In this document: positions 32,912 to 41,994 of the stretch, in pieces
Position numbering within the stretch: the stretch's first letter is position 1
How the letters are laid out: the number at the start of each line of letters is the position of its first letter
Assembly (NCBI GenBank): GCA_043744155.1
Contig: JAYTVF010000423.1
Coordinates: forward strand, 1 to 45,311
DNA from: Acidimicrobiia bacterium
Lineage (GTDB): Bacteria; Actinomycetota; Acidimicrobiia; Acidimicrobiales; Ilumatobacteraceae
Length of the DNA stretch: 45,311 nt
Reading direction: 5' to 3'
Program-made: the position numbers and the translations under genes
Notes under the pieces: generated by a model
Database searches by the model: none
What the model saw: only the letters and a program-made list of their open reading frames with translations
Told to the model about the DNA's origin: nothing

Positions 32912-33858
32912 TCCCGCTCGAAGAAATCGAAGCGGCTCGACTGCGGATCGCTGACGTCGCGGTACGCACCCCGCTGATCCGACTGTATGCCCCGGAATCG
33001 CCTGCCGAGATCTGGCTCAAACTTGAATGCCTGCAGCCCATCGGCGCATTCAAGATACGGGGGGCGGCCAACGCCATGCGTACAGCACCAGAGGCGGCGT
33101 TGTCTCACGGGGCGTGGACGACCAGCGCCGGCAACATGGCCCAGGGTGTGGCCTGGATGGCGCGCGAGATGGGCATTCCCTCCGCCGTAGTCGTGCCTGA
33201 TCACGCGCCGTCGGGAAAATTGGACGCCATCGAGCGGCTGGGCGGTCGGGTCATCAAGGTGCCGTTCGACCGCTGGTGGCAAGCCATGGTGGAAGGTGAG
33301 TATCCCGGTGTAGAAGGGCATTTCGTCCACCCGGTGCAAGACGATGCAGTGATGGCCGGGAACGGCACCATTGGGCTTGAACTGGCCGAAGACCTCGATG
33401 ACATCGATGGCGTGCTCGTGCCGTGGGGCGGCGGTGGTTTGGCCACTGGTATCGCCAGCGCGCTTCACGCCCGTAGCCCGCACACCAAGGTGTACTCATG
33501 CGAACCGGCCAGCGGTGCACCGATGCATGCGTCATGGGCGGCGGGTACGCCCGTCGGCGTCGACTTTGCCCCTTCCTTCGTGGACGGTTCGGGCAGTAAG
33601 AGCCTGCTGCCCGCCATGTGGGAACGGGCGCGGCCGCTGCTGTCGGGCACCTTCGCCCCGTCGTTGGATGACACCGCGGCCGCCGTTCGGGTGCTGGCCA
33701 CGCGCGCTCGCGTCGTGGCCGAAGGCGCCGGCGCATTGTCCGTCGCCGCAGCGTTGTCCGGCGGCGCAGGCTCAGGCCGCCTCGTGTGCATCGTGTCCGG
33801 CGGCAACATCGACGCCGCCAAACTCGCCACCATCCTACAAGGCGGCACTCCCGGCTGA
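32908..33858 (+). CDS. PLP-dependent threonine/serine dehydratase-family enzyme (fold type II)
   Basis: GTG 32908 overlaps the OCD stop (GTGA). LQPIGAFKIRGAANAM carries the PLP-lysine context. GGGGL loop. C-terminal IVSGGNID. Confidence 0.9.
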   Translation: MIPLEEIEAARLRIADVAVRTPLIRLYAPESPAEIWLKLECLQPIGAFKIRGAANAMRTAPEAALSHGAWTTSAGNMAQGVAWMAREMGIPSAVVVPDHAPSGKLDAIERLGGRVIKVPFDRWWQAMVEGEYPGVEGHFVHPVQDDAVMAGNGTIGLELAEDLDDIDGVLVPWGGGGLATGIASALHARSPHTKVYSCEPASGAPMHASWAAGTPVGVDFAPSFVDGSGSKSLLPAMWERARPLLSGTFAPSLDDTAAAVRVLATRARVVAEGAGALSVAAALSGGAGSGRLVCIVSGGNIDAAKLATILQGGTPG

Positions 33859-33860
33859 TT

Positions 33861-33929
33861 CCGCCTTGCCTCGCTCGCCCGCCTCGCCTCGCCCGCCTCG
33901 CCTCGCCTCGCCCGCGTGACCGCCTCGCC
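33861..33929. repeat. C-rich short tandem repeat (CGCCTCG / CCCGCCTCGCCTCG units) in a convergent intergenic spacer
   Basis: ccgccttgcctcgctcgcccgcctcgcctcgcccgcctcgcctcgcctcgcccgcgtgaccgcctcgcc, read directly after the dehydratase stop. Confidence 0.7.
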
Positions 33930-34020
33930 AGCGTGCTGCCCGAGTGGTCTCAGACGATCCAGGCCATGGTGATGCCTGAACGGGAATTCGGCCGGGCGAT
34001 CGACGGCGAGAAGGCGCGTT

Positions 34021-34737
34021 TCAACGGCCGAGGTAGGCGCGCCGCAATTCGTCGTCGGCGGCGAGATCGGTGGCGTGGCCAGACAGCACGACCCGGCCGG
34101 TCTGCAGCACATACCCCCGTGATGCAATGGCGAGGGCTTGGTTGGCGTTCTGCTCCACCACGAGCATCGCGACGCCCGAGCGGTTGACCTGCGCAATGAT
34201 GTCGAAGCTGCGCTCAACCAGCACCGGGGCCAATCCCATCGATGGTTCATCCATCAAAATCAGTTTCGGTCGGCTCATGAGGGCACGTCCCATAGCCAAC
34301 ATCTGCTGCTCACCGCCCGACAGGGTGCCCGCAAGTTGCTGACGCCGGTCGTACAGCAACGGGAACAGGTCATAGACCCGGGCGAAATCCTCGGTCAGGT
34401 CGTCCGAGCGAAGGTAGGCACCCAACTCCAAATTCTCCAGCACCGTCATTGGAGCAAAGACCCGGCGGTTCTCCGGTACCACGGCCATACCGGCGGCGAT
34501 GCGGCGGGGCGTACCGAGCGACGTGACATCGCGGCCGCCAAACTCAACCGTCCCGGTCGTTGGTGCAACCAGCCCCAGAATCGTCTTGAGCGTGGTCGAC
34601 TTCCCGCAGGCGTTCCCACCCAGCAGGCACACGAGCTCACCGGCGCCCACCTCAAGATCCACATCCTGCAGGATGAGGATCGGGCCGTAGTAGGTGTTGA
34701 TGCCACGGAGGCGAAGCAGCGGCTCAGACGAGGTCAT
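34021..34737 (-). CDS. livF: Branched-chain amino acid ABC transporter ATP-binding protein (LivF type)
   Basis: ORF track 238 aa. Walker A GGNACGKST, signature LSGGEQQML, Walker B LILMDEPS. ATGA overlap with livG. Confidence 0.9.
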   Translation of the reverse strand: MTSSEPLLRLRGINTYYGPILILQDVDLEVGAGELVCLLGGNACGKSTTLKTILGLVAPTTGTVEFGGRDVTSLGTPRRIAAGMAVVPENRRVFAPMTVLENLELGAYLRSDDLTEDFARVYDLFPLLYDRRQQLAGTLSGGEQQMLAMGRALMSRPKLILMDEPSMGLAPVLVERSFDIIAQVNRSGVAMLVVEQNANQALAIASRGYVLQTGRVVLSGHATDLAADDELRRAYLGR

Positions 34738-35522
34738 TTCGTGGTGCCAGCGCCCTTACCCAAGTAGGCCTCGATGACCGATGGTGAGGTGGCGACCTCG
34801 TCGAAGGACCCCTCGGCGATCTTGGTGCCGTAATCGAGCGCAACGACCCGGTCGCTCACGCCTTCCACCACATGCATATCGTGCTCGATTACCAAGATAG
34901 TGAGTCCCAGTTCAGTGCGCAGCCGACCGATCAACTCGGTCATCTCATGGGTTTCCGACGGGTTCATGCCGGCGGCGGGCTCATCTACTAGCAAGAGTCG
35001 AGGCTGTGTCGCCAGGGCCCGTGCGATTTCGAGACGGCGTCGGTTGGCGTATGACAACGAGTAGGCCGGCTGATCGAACCGGTACCCCTGCAACCGGGTG
35101 CCGAAGAACGCCAACAACTCCTCGGCCCGGGCGTGCATGGCCCGCTCCTCGCGCCGGGCGCGAGGTAAACCAAGTGCCCCAGCCACGAAGCCAGCTCGGT
35201 TGCGGCCGTACATCGTGGCCAGCACGTTTTCCTTCACCGTCATATTCAGGAACAGCCGCAGATTCTGAAAGGTGCGGGCGATGCCGAGGTCGTTGATGCG
35301 GTTTGGATCAGTGCCGACAATGCTGGTGCCCCCAAACCGAATGTCGCCAAGATCGGGCTGATAGACGCCGGTGATCACATTGAACAGGGTGGTCTTGCCG
35401 GCACCGTTGGGCCCGATGACCGCTACGATCTCGCCTTCCGCGATCGACAGGTCGAGGCCTTTGATCACCGTGAGCCCGCCGAATGCGAGCTGCACGTTGT
35501 CGAGTTCGAGCAGTGGTGTCAT
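34734..35522 (-). CDS. livG: Branched-chain amino acid ABC transporter ATP-binding protein (LivG type)
   Basis: Real start is ATG 35522 (MTPLLELDNVQLAFGG...), inside the read-through ORF 34734..36809. Walker A GPNGAGKTT, LSYANRRRLEIARAL, LLLVDEPAAG. Confidence 0.9.
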   Translation of the reverse strand: MTPLLELDNVQLAFGGLTVIKGLDLSIAEGEIVAVIGPNGAGKTTLFNVITGVYQPDLGDIRFGGTSIVGTDPNRINDLGIARTFQNLRLFLNMTVKENVLATMYGRNRAGFVAGALGLPRARREERAMHARAEELLAFFGTRLQGYRFDQPAYSLSYANRRRLEIARALATQPRLLLVDEPAAGMNPSETHEMTELIGRLRTELGLTILVIEHDMHVVEGVSDRVVALDYGTKIAEGSFDEVATSPSVIEAYLGKGAGTTK

Positions 35523-37003
35523 AGCACTTCCACCCGTCGAGTCCCGAAGATTCCCTGCGGTCGACTGGCCATGATGGCCACCAGCACCGCCCCGACCAGC
35601 AGTTGGCGGCTGATAGAACCCTGTTCGGCCAATCGATTTTCCCACGCCAACATGGCGACATAGGCCACACCGCCAGCCAGGGCCGGCCGCCACTTTGCCG
35701 CAACAACGGTGATGGCGAGGCCAATAGCGATAGTGGCGAGGAAGGCCACATTGCCGAACGACACACTGCGCTGCAGATGGGGCACCACGGCACCGGTGAG
35801 GCCGCTGAGGCCCGACGTGCGCGGCCGCAGATGGGTGCCGAAAACGGTGAGCCCGCCTCGTACCACCAGCGCGACGAGCACGAAGGCCGCCACGAACTGG
35901 CTGAACCGTGGGCGAGAGCGCAGCCGTAGCAACGCGAACAGCAGCATGGCTCCGTACACGAGGACGCGGCCGGTCGATGGGGTGCGCAGCAGTTCGGGAA
36001 GCACAGCCACCAAGAAGGCACCGACCACCCCGCCGCCGATGTTGCCGAGGCCCCCCAGAATGGCGGCTGCGTACAGCAACACCATGAAGGGCAGATCGAA
36101 GTTGCTCCCGAACACCGAGAGCTGCACGGAGGCAAAGATCGTGCCGGCCAGGCCTGCAATTCCGGCGCCGATGGCGAACGCCACCAACCGCAACCGGCGG
36201 ACCGGTACCGACAGAATTTCGGCCGCCAGCGGATCCTCCCGCATGGCCCGTAACGCCAAACCTGAGCGGGCGTTGCGCAGGCGATAGAGCAAGAGCATCA
36301 GCACCGTGACCGCAACCACCGTCAGCACGTAGTAGCCGGTGATGGTGCGGACTTTGCTCCCGAAGGCCGAAAACGGATCGATGCCGGTGACCCCGTTGGG
36401 ACCTCCGGTGAGATTGAAGGGTTTGGCGGGCGCATTCTTTCCGGCCAAATTCAGCTGCAACCGGTCGCCGTTGTTGGCGATACTCACGAAGATCTGGCCA
36501 AAAAACAGCGTGACGATAGCCAGGTAATCCCCGCTCAAACGACGCGATGGTAACCCGAGGACGAGCCCGAGGGCCGCAGCGACGGCAACCACGAGTGGCA
36601 CGGCGACCAAGGTGGGCAGATGCACATTGAACTTGGGTGACGACACCAGGGCATAGGCGTAGGCGCCGAATCCGAAGAAGGCGGCGTAGCCCAAGTCGAG
36701 CAATCCCGACCATCCCACGACCACGTTCAGACCGGTGGCCAACAGGGTGTAGAGCGCTACGGTGAACGCCACCCGAGTGGTGTAGTCGGTGGGGGAGATC
36801 AGCGCCCACAGCAGGGCGACACCACCCGCGCCGAGCACCCGATATTGCACCGGTATCGCGCCGAGTCGCCGACGCAGCCGTTCAGCCGGACTACCGGCCA
36901 GGCGTTGCGAAGACTGCTCGACCCACTGATCGGTACCGATCCCGCGGCCTGAAGCGGGCGCAGCGGCGGGCGCCGGATCGATGGGGGTGGAATCGGCCGC
37001 CAT
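35519..37003 (-). CDS. livM: Branched-chain amino acid ABC transporter permease (LivM type) with an extended N-terminus
   Basis: ORF track 494 aa, polytopic. ATGA overlap with livG and a 1-nt overlap with livH. The start could be internal. Confidence 0.85.
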   Translation of the reverse strand: MAADSTPIDPAPAAAPASGRGIGTDQWVEQSSQRLAGSPAERLRRRLGAIPVQYRVLGAGGVALLWALISPTDYTTRVAFTVALYTLLATGLNVVVGWSGLLDLGYAAFFGFGAYAYALVSSPKFNVHLPTLVAVPLVVAVAAALGLVLGLPSRRLSGDYLAIVTLFFGQIFVSIANNGDRLQLNLAGKNAPAKPFNLTGGPNGVTGIDPFSAFGSKVRTITGYYVLTVVAVTVLMLLLYRLRNARSGLALRAMREDPLAAEILSVPVRRLRLVAFAIGAGIAGLAGTIFASVQLSVFGSNFDLPFMVLLYAAAILGGLGNIGGGVVGAFLVAVLPELLRTPSTGRVLVYGAMLLFALLRLRSRPRFSQFVAAFVLVALVVRGGLTVFGTHLRPRTSGLSGLTGAVVPHLQRSVSFGNVAFLATIAIGLAITVVAAKWRPALAGGVAYVAMLAWENRLAEQGSISRQLLVGAVLVAIMASRPQGIFGTRRVEVL

Positions 37004-37923
37004 CAGACCTTCTTCAATTCGGCCACACCAAAAAGGCCTCTCGGCCGCACGAGCAGGAACCCGATGAGCACCAGAAAGACGACCACGTCGTAGAAGGTGG
37101 TGGAGACATAACCCTGTGAATAGCTCTCTGCGAAGCCGATGATGAGCCCGCCAGCCATGGCCCCGTGGATCGAACCGATGCCGCCGACGACCGACGCGGT
37201 GAAGCCCTTGAGCCCGGCGACGAAGCCCATGGTGTGAAAGACCCGGTTGTACACCAGACCGCTCATAACGCCCGCGACGCCCGCCAGCGCCGAGCCGAGG
37301 AAGAACGCCACCATCACGACACGGTTGACGTCCATGCCCATCATTTGTGCGGCCTCAGGGTCATATGAGGTGGCCCGCATGGCCTTACCCAGCTTGCTTC
37401 GTCGCATGAAGGTGTTCAGGCCGACCATGACTGCGGCGCTGACGCCGATCACCAAGAGTCGCATCACGCTAACGTTCAGTAGGCCAACGTGAATGCCGGT
37501 GCCGACATCGACCAGCTTCTCGCTCTGGTAGCGAACAATGCGGGCGCCGACCACCAGCAACATGGTGGCCTGCAAGAAAAACGAGGTGCCGAGCGCCGAC
37601 ACAAGAGGAGCGATACGCGCCGAGTTTCGCAGCGGACGATACGCGAATCGCTCGACCGCAACGCCGACCAACCCAGCCCCCAACGCGGCGATGATCATCA
37701 GCAAAGGGATGAGCACCGCCACGGGGAGCGACGGATGAGCTGCGCCGCCGAACACCTGCAACACGCCGTAGCCGATGAACGAACCGATCATGTAGACCTC
37801 GCCGTGGGCGAAGTTCAGCAGCTTGAGAACGCCGTAGACCAGCGAATAGCCCAGGGCGATCAGGGCATACAGACTGCCGAGCGTCAGACCGTTGACGGTC
37901 AGTTGGATGAACTGGCCCATCAA
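37003..37923 (-). CDS. livH: Branched-chain amino acid ABC transporter permease (LivH type)
   Basis: ORF track 306 aa. QLTVNGLTLGSLYALIALGYSLVYGVLKLLNFAHGE is the canonical LivH N-terminus. Confidence 0.9.
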   Translation of the reverse strand: MMGQFIQLTVNGLTLGSLYALIALGYSLVYGVLKLLNFAHGEVYMIGSFIGYGVLQVFGGAAHPSLPVAVLIPLLMIIAALGAGLVGVAVERFAYRPLRNSARIAPLVSALGTSFFLQATMLLVVGARIVRYQSEKLVDVGTGIHVGLLNVSVMRLLVIGVSAAVMVGLNTFMRRSKLGKAMRATSYDPEAAQMMGMDVNRVVMVAFFLGSALAGVAGVMSGLVYNRVFHTMGFVAGLKGFTASVVGGIGSIHGAMAGGLIIGFAESYSQGYVSTTFYDVVVFLVLIGFLLVRPRGLFGVAELKKV

Positions 37924-37971
37924 CGGTCAGACGAATGCGCATCAGACCGGGATGATTGAATCGAGGCCGGA

Positions 37972-39180
37972 TCAGCCAGCAACGAGCGTGTACTTCCCGC
38001 CCGCGATCTTCGACATGTAGAACTTGGCGCCCACGACATCGCCGTTGGCGTCAAGGGCCAGTGGGCCACCCAAGATGGTGCTGTCGAGCTTGGTTGACTT
38101 CACGGCCTTGACGATGTCGGCACGGGCACCGGCCTTGCCGTCCTTGCAGGTGGCCTTCACGCCAGCGGCGATCAGTTGAGCCGCAACATAGACGGGGGGA
38201 CCAAAGGTGCCGAACTTGTCATCGACGGCCTTCTGGTAGGCAGCAACCACCGGAGCAGCCGCGGCGACACCGCGCACGTCGGGGGCGAACGAGGCGACGT
38301 AGGCACCTTCGAGCGAGAAGTCCTTGGGCGAGTACACGCCGTCGCTACCGACGACGGCCGCCTTCTTGTTCTGCTCCTTCATCTGCGTGCCGAGTTGCTG
38401 GGCGTTGGCCGCGATCTGCCACGGCAGGAACACCGCGCCAGTGTCATCGGTGACCTTTCCGACCAGGGTGGAGAAGTCGACGGACTTCTGCGGGGTTGAC
38501 TCGCGCACCACGGTGACGTTCAGTGTTTTGAGCGCCGCCGTGGCTGAATCGGCCAGACCAGTGGAGTACGAGGTCTGGTCATCGATGATCAACACCTTCT
38601 TGGCGCCGATGGTCTTGGCCATGAAGTTGGCAATGGTGGGGCCTTGCGCGTCGTCGTTGGGTACGACGCGAGCAAAGGTCGGGATCTTGCCAGCGGTGAG
38701 GCTGGTGCGGGTGGCCGACGGCGACACGTACAGCAGATTTGCCGTGGTCATGGCCGGAGCGATGGCTTCTACTTCTTGCGAGCCCGCCGGTCCGAGAACG
38801 GCCACAATGCTGGTGTCGGAGACCAGTTTCTGCGAGGCAGTGGTGGCTTCGGCCGGGTCGAGCTTGGTGTCGGTCTCGACCAAGGAGAAGTTGGTGCCAT
38901 TGGCCTTGTTGTAGTCGTCCATGCCGAGCTTGCCCCAGTTGAGCTGCTCTTGGCCGATGGAGGCGGCGTCACCGGTGAAAGGCCCCATGAAACCGATCTT
39001 GGCTGCGCATGGCCCGCCCGCGGGGGTCGCAGCTTTGGCTGCGGTCGTGGCCACGGGTGCCGCGGTCGTGGCCGCGGGTGCCGCGGTCGTGGCCGGAGCG
39101 GCTGCCTTGCTGCTGCCGCAGGCCGCGGCCGTCAGCGTCAACGCCGTGATGACCACGGTCATTGTTCCTTTATGCATCAT
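37972..39180 (-). CDS. ABC transporter substrate-binding lipoprotein (LivJ/K-like, periplasmic binding protein type I)
   Basis: Internal start (ATG 39180/39177, or 39162 after AAAGGA) gives MTVVITALTLTAAACGSS (lipobox). It is followed by an A/T-rich linker and a Leu/Ile/Val-binding-type fold (KIGFMGPFTGDAASIG). Confidence 0.85.
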   Translation of the reverse strand: MMHKGTMTVVITALTLTAAACGSSKAAAPATTAAPAATTAAPVATTAAKAATPAGGPCAAKIGFMGPFTGDAASIGQEQLNWGKLGMDDYNKANGTNFSLVETDTKLDPAEATTASQKLVSDTSIVAVLGPAGSQEVEAIAPAMTTANLLYVSPSATRTSLTAGKIPTFARVVPNDDAQGPTIANFMAKTIGAKKVLIIDDQTSYSTGLADSATAALKTLNVTVVRESTPQKSVDFSTLVGKVTDDTGAVFLPWQIAANAQQLGTQMKEQNKKAAVVGSDGVYSPKDFSLEGAYVASFAPDVRGVAAAAPVVAAYQKAVDDKFGTFGPPVYVAAQLIAAGVKATCKDGKAGARADIVKAVKSTKLDSTILGGPLALDANGDVVGAKFYMSKIAGGKYTLVAG

Positions 39181-39236
39181 TCCCCCTACGTAGACGAAGG
39201 ATCGGAACGATACCAGCCCAGAAACATCCGATGAAG

Positions 39237-40379
39237 CTACCGCAGAAGGTGACGACGTTGGCGCAAGGCCGTGAGGCACGCGTCGATGTCATCGACGGAG
39301 TTGTAGAGGTGCATCGACACCCGTAGGTTGCCATCTCGGCAGGAGGCACCGATTCCGACGGCATCCAACTCCGCGACCAACCGCTGCTCATCGGTGGATG
39401 CCACTGCTACCATCGCACCGCGCTGCTCTCGTGCGCGCGGCGACGAGATAGTGGCCCCCATCTCGTCTAATCCGGCACGCAGGCGATCCACTAGGTCCTG
39501 TACCTGCGACTCGACGGCGGCCACGCCGACGCTGCGCACCAGATCGATCCCGGCCAGTCCGGCGAACAGATTCGGCACCGGCGGGGTGCCGGATTCGAAG
39601 CGGCGAGCGGTCGGTGAGGGCGCGTATCGACGGTGATCCATGGCGAAAATGTCCGAGTCGGCAAACCAGCCGGTGGCGGTCGGCGCGTGATCGGTTATGA
39701 GGCCGGGTCGCACGTACAAGAACCCGAGACCGGCTGAGCCGAGCAGGTACTTCAATGCCCCGCAGGCCAGCACATCGACGTCGAGATCGATCACGTCGAT
39801 GGGCAACGATCCGACCGCCTGGTAGGAGTCGACGGCGATGAGCGCACCATTGGCATGGGCGATCTTGGCGACCGCCTTCGGGTCGAGGCGGCTGCCATTG
39901 CGGTAGCAGACGTGGGTCATCAGCACGAGCGCAGTGCGTTCATCTACGGCCGCGGCGATGTCTTCCAGCATCACCGTGCCGTTGCGCGCCGGTACGATCA
40001 CGATCTCAGCGCCCCGCACTGCTTGGGCGTGGGCGATCTGACCGGCCGTCGGAAATTCGAAGTCCGTGATGACGATGCGGTTGCGGGGCCCGGTGAATTT
40101 CAGGCTCGAGAAAAGGGCCGACAGGCCGGCCGATACCGATGTCGTGACGGCCACGGCGTCGGTCGGCGCGTGGACCAGATCGGCCCAGGCGGCACGGACC
40201 AATTCGTTGCGCTCGACCCAAGCCCCCCATTGGGCGCCTTCGGTTTCCCAACCGCCCAAAAACTCCAGGTAGGCGTCGCGAACCTGCACCGACAGTGCCC
40301 CCTGCGAGCACGAATTCAGATAGATACGACGTTCGAAGATGGGAAACGACGACCGAAACTGCTGGGCAACAGTGGGCAC
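39237..40379 (-). CDS. Aminotransferase class V-fold PLP-dependent enzyme
   Basis: ORF track 380 aa. FPIFERRIYLNSCSQGAL..., consistent with the class V (cysteine desulfurase/epimerase-like) family. Confidence 0.8.
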   Translation of the reverse strand: MPTVAQQFRSSFPIFERRIYLNSCSQGALSVQVRDAYLEFLGGWETEGAQWGAWVERNELVRAAWADLVHAPTDAVAVTTSVSAGLSALFSSLKFTGPRNRIVITDFEFPTAGQIAHAQAVRGAEIVIVPARNGTVMLEDIAAAVDERTALVLMTHVCYRNGSRLDPKAVAKIAHANGALIAVDSYQAVGSLPIDVIDLDVDVLACGALKYLLGSAGLGFLYVRPGLITDHAPTATGWFADSDIFAMDHRRYAPSPTARRFESGTPPVPNLFAGLAGIDLVRSVGVAAVESQVQDLVDRLRAGLDEMGATISSPRAREQRGAMVAVASTDEQRLVAELDAVGIGASCRDGNLRVSMHLYNSVDDIDACLTALRQRRHLLR

Positions 40380-40457
40380 GACGGGCTCCTTCTGGCAATG
40401 ACGGCGGGCACCGGCAGCACCCGGATCGGCAGGCTACCGGGCTGATAGCTTCGCCAC

Positions 40458-41549
40458 ATGAACGCAGCCACCAGCGTTTCGGCGGTGGGCACCGCCGAAG
40501 TCATGATCGAATGCCACGACATCGCGGCGGCACTGGCCTTCTATGTCGAACGGCTGGAATTTCGGGTCGACGCCATCTTCCCGGCCGAGTCTCCCTCGGT
40601 CGCGGTGCTGCGCGGCCATGGCATCCGACTTCGACTCGATCCGTCGGCGCGCTCCGCCGGGCTGGCGATTCGCCTGTCTGCGCAGGATCCCTCGGTGTTC
40701 GGCGGGGCAGGTCAACTCACCGCTCCCGATGGCACGGTTGTGCACATCATCGATGCCAACCCACCGCTGGTGTTGCCTACCGTGGCCCAGTCATTCGTCT
40801 TGGAGCGAGCCAGCGATGAGGCGGCTTGGACAGTCGGTCGGGCCGGGATGCGCTACCGAGACCTCATCCCCGGGCGCCAGGGTGGGCGGTTCGTGGCCTC
40901 ACATATCCACGTGCCCACGGCCGGCCCCGTGCCCGACTACGTGCATTTCCACAAGGTGCGGTTCCAGATGATCTACTGCTACCGGGGCTGGACCCGCCTG
41001 GTCTATGAGGATCAGGGCGAACCGTTCATCATGGCGGCCGGCGATTGTGTGCTGCAGCCGCCGCAGATCCGCCACCGAGTGCTGGAGAGTTCCGCCGACC
41101 TGCACGTCATCGAGATCGGCTGCCCGGCGCTGCACGAAACCATGGCCGACCCCGACCTGTCGTTGCCGAACGGTCGTGGCGATCCGGACCGTCTCTTTGG
41201 TGGACAGCGCTTCGCCTTCCATTCCGCCGCCGCGGGGGAATGGGTGCCGTCGGTTGATGGCTTCGATCGGCGCCGATTTGGGTTTACTGAAGCAACGTTT
41301 GGTCTCGCCGAGGCCGCGGTCTTGCGGCCGTCACCGGGTGTCGCCGTGTGGCCGGAGTCGATGCATGAAGGAGAATTTTTGTTCTTCGTCGTGGTGGCGG
41401 GGTCGGTGACACTGGGGCGTGACGATGGCGACGTGGTGCTCGAAGACGGCGATAGCGTCGTGCTGCCCGCCCATCAGCGCTACGGCTGGGCGCACCCGTC
41501 GCCCGATCTGCAGTTGCTCGAAGTCGCCCTCCCCGCTGACGTCCGCTAA
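40458..41549 (+). CDS. VOC/glyoxalase-like N-terminal domain fused to a (bi)cupin domain protein
   Basis: ORF track 363 aa. VMIECHDIAAALAFYVERLEFRV (VOC-like). YVHFHKVRFQMIYCYRGWTRLVYEDQGEPFIMAAGDCVLQPPQIRHRV (cupin). A second cupin-like segment near the C-terminus. Confidence 0.7.
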   Translation: MNAATSVSAVGTAEVMIECHDIAAALAFYVERLEFRVDAIFPAESPSVAVLRGHGIRLRLDPSARSAGLAIRLSAQDPSVFGGAGQLTAPDGTVVHIIDANPPLVLPTVAQSFVLERASDEAAWTVGRAGMRYRDLIPGRQGGRFVASHIHVPTAGPVPDYVHFHKVRFQMIYCYRGWTRLVYEDQGEPFIMAAGDCVLQPPQIRHRVLESSADLHVIEIGCPALHETMADPDLSLPNGRGDPDRLFGGQRFAFHSAAAGEWVPSVDGFDRRRFGFTEATFGLAEAAVLRPSPGVAVWPESMHEGEFLFFVVVAGSVTLGRDDGDVVLEDGDSVVLPAHQRYGWAHPSPDLQLLEVALPADVR

Positions 41550-41550
41550 G

Positions 41551-41670
41551 CGTCTGACCGGGTTCGACTGCGTGCGACCGCGTGCGACTGCGTGCGACCG
41601 GGTCCGACCGGGTTCGACTGCGTGCGACCGCGTCCGACCGGGTTCGACCGGGTTCGACCGGGTTCGACCG
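41551..41670. repeat. Intergenic tandem array: 12 contiguous units of a 10-nt repeat (consensus about SGTNCGACYG)
   Basis: cgtctgaccg ggttcgactg cgtgcgaccg cgtgcgactg cgtgcgaccg ggtccgaccg ggttcgactg cgtgcgaccg cgtccgaccg ggttcgaccg ggttcgaccg ggttcgaccg. A 20-nt super-unit, ggttcgactgcgtgcgaccg, occurs twice. Confidence 0.85.
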
Positions 41671-41729
41671 CGCCCGCTGGTGAGTCATCCCGCCGACACG
41701 CTGTCGGCTGGGGCGGGTACCATCCAGCC

Positions 41730-41990
41730 ATGATCACGTCGTTTGTTTTCGTGAAGAGTGAACCTCGGGCCACGGTGATGCTCAGCCAGGCAATCGCTGA
41801 TCTGCAGGGTGTCCGCGAGGTGTATTCCACCATGGGGGACTCCGACCTCATCGCCATCTTGTGGGTGCCGAGCCATGAGGACATCGCCACCATCGTGACG
41901 GAGAAGATCGCCGCGCTTTCAGGTGTCTTGTCGACTAAGACGTCGATTGCGTATCGGGCCTATAGCTCGCAGGATAAAGACCTGGTCTGA
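41730..41990 (+). CDS. Stand-alone Lrp/AsnC-type ligand-binding (RAM) domain protein
   Basis: Internal ATG 41730 of ORF 41592..41990. MITSFVFVKSEPRATVMLSQAIADLQGVREVYSTMGDSDLIAILWV fits the AsnC_trans_reg/RAM fold. No HTH domain. Confidence 0.7.
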   Translation: MITSFVFVKSEPRATVMLSQAIADLQGVREVYSTMGDSDLIAILWVPSHEDIATIVTEKIAALSGVLSTKTSIAYRAYSSQDKDLV

Positions 41991-41994
41991 CCGC

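Noticed and set aside
35523-36809. N-terminal 430 aa of the 691-aa ORF 34734..36809
   Set aside because: It is a read-through frame overlapping livM. Only the part from ATG 35522 (MTPLLELDNV...) is LivG-like, and the livM stop/livG start form an ATGA junction there.
41551-41670. Possible CRISPR array
   Set aside because: The repeats are only 10 nt long and directly abut each other with no spacers, and there are no cas genes nearby. I classed it as a simple tandem minisatellite.
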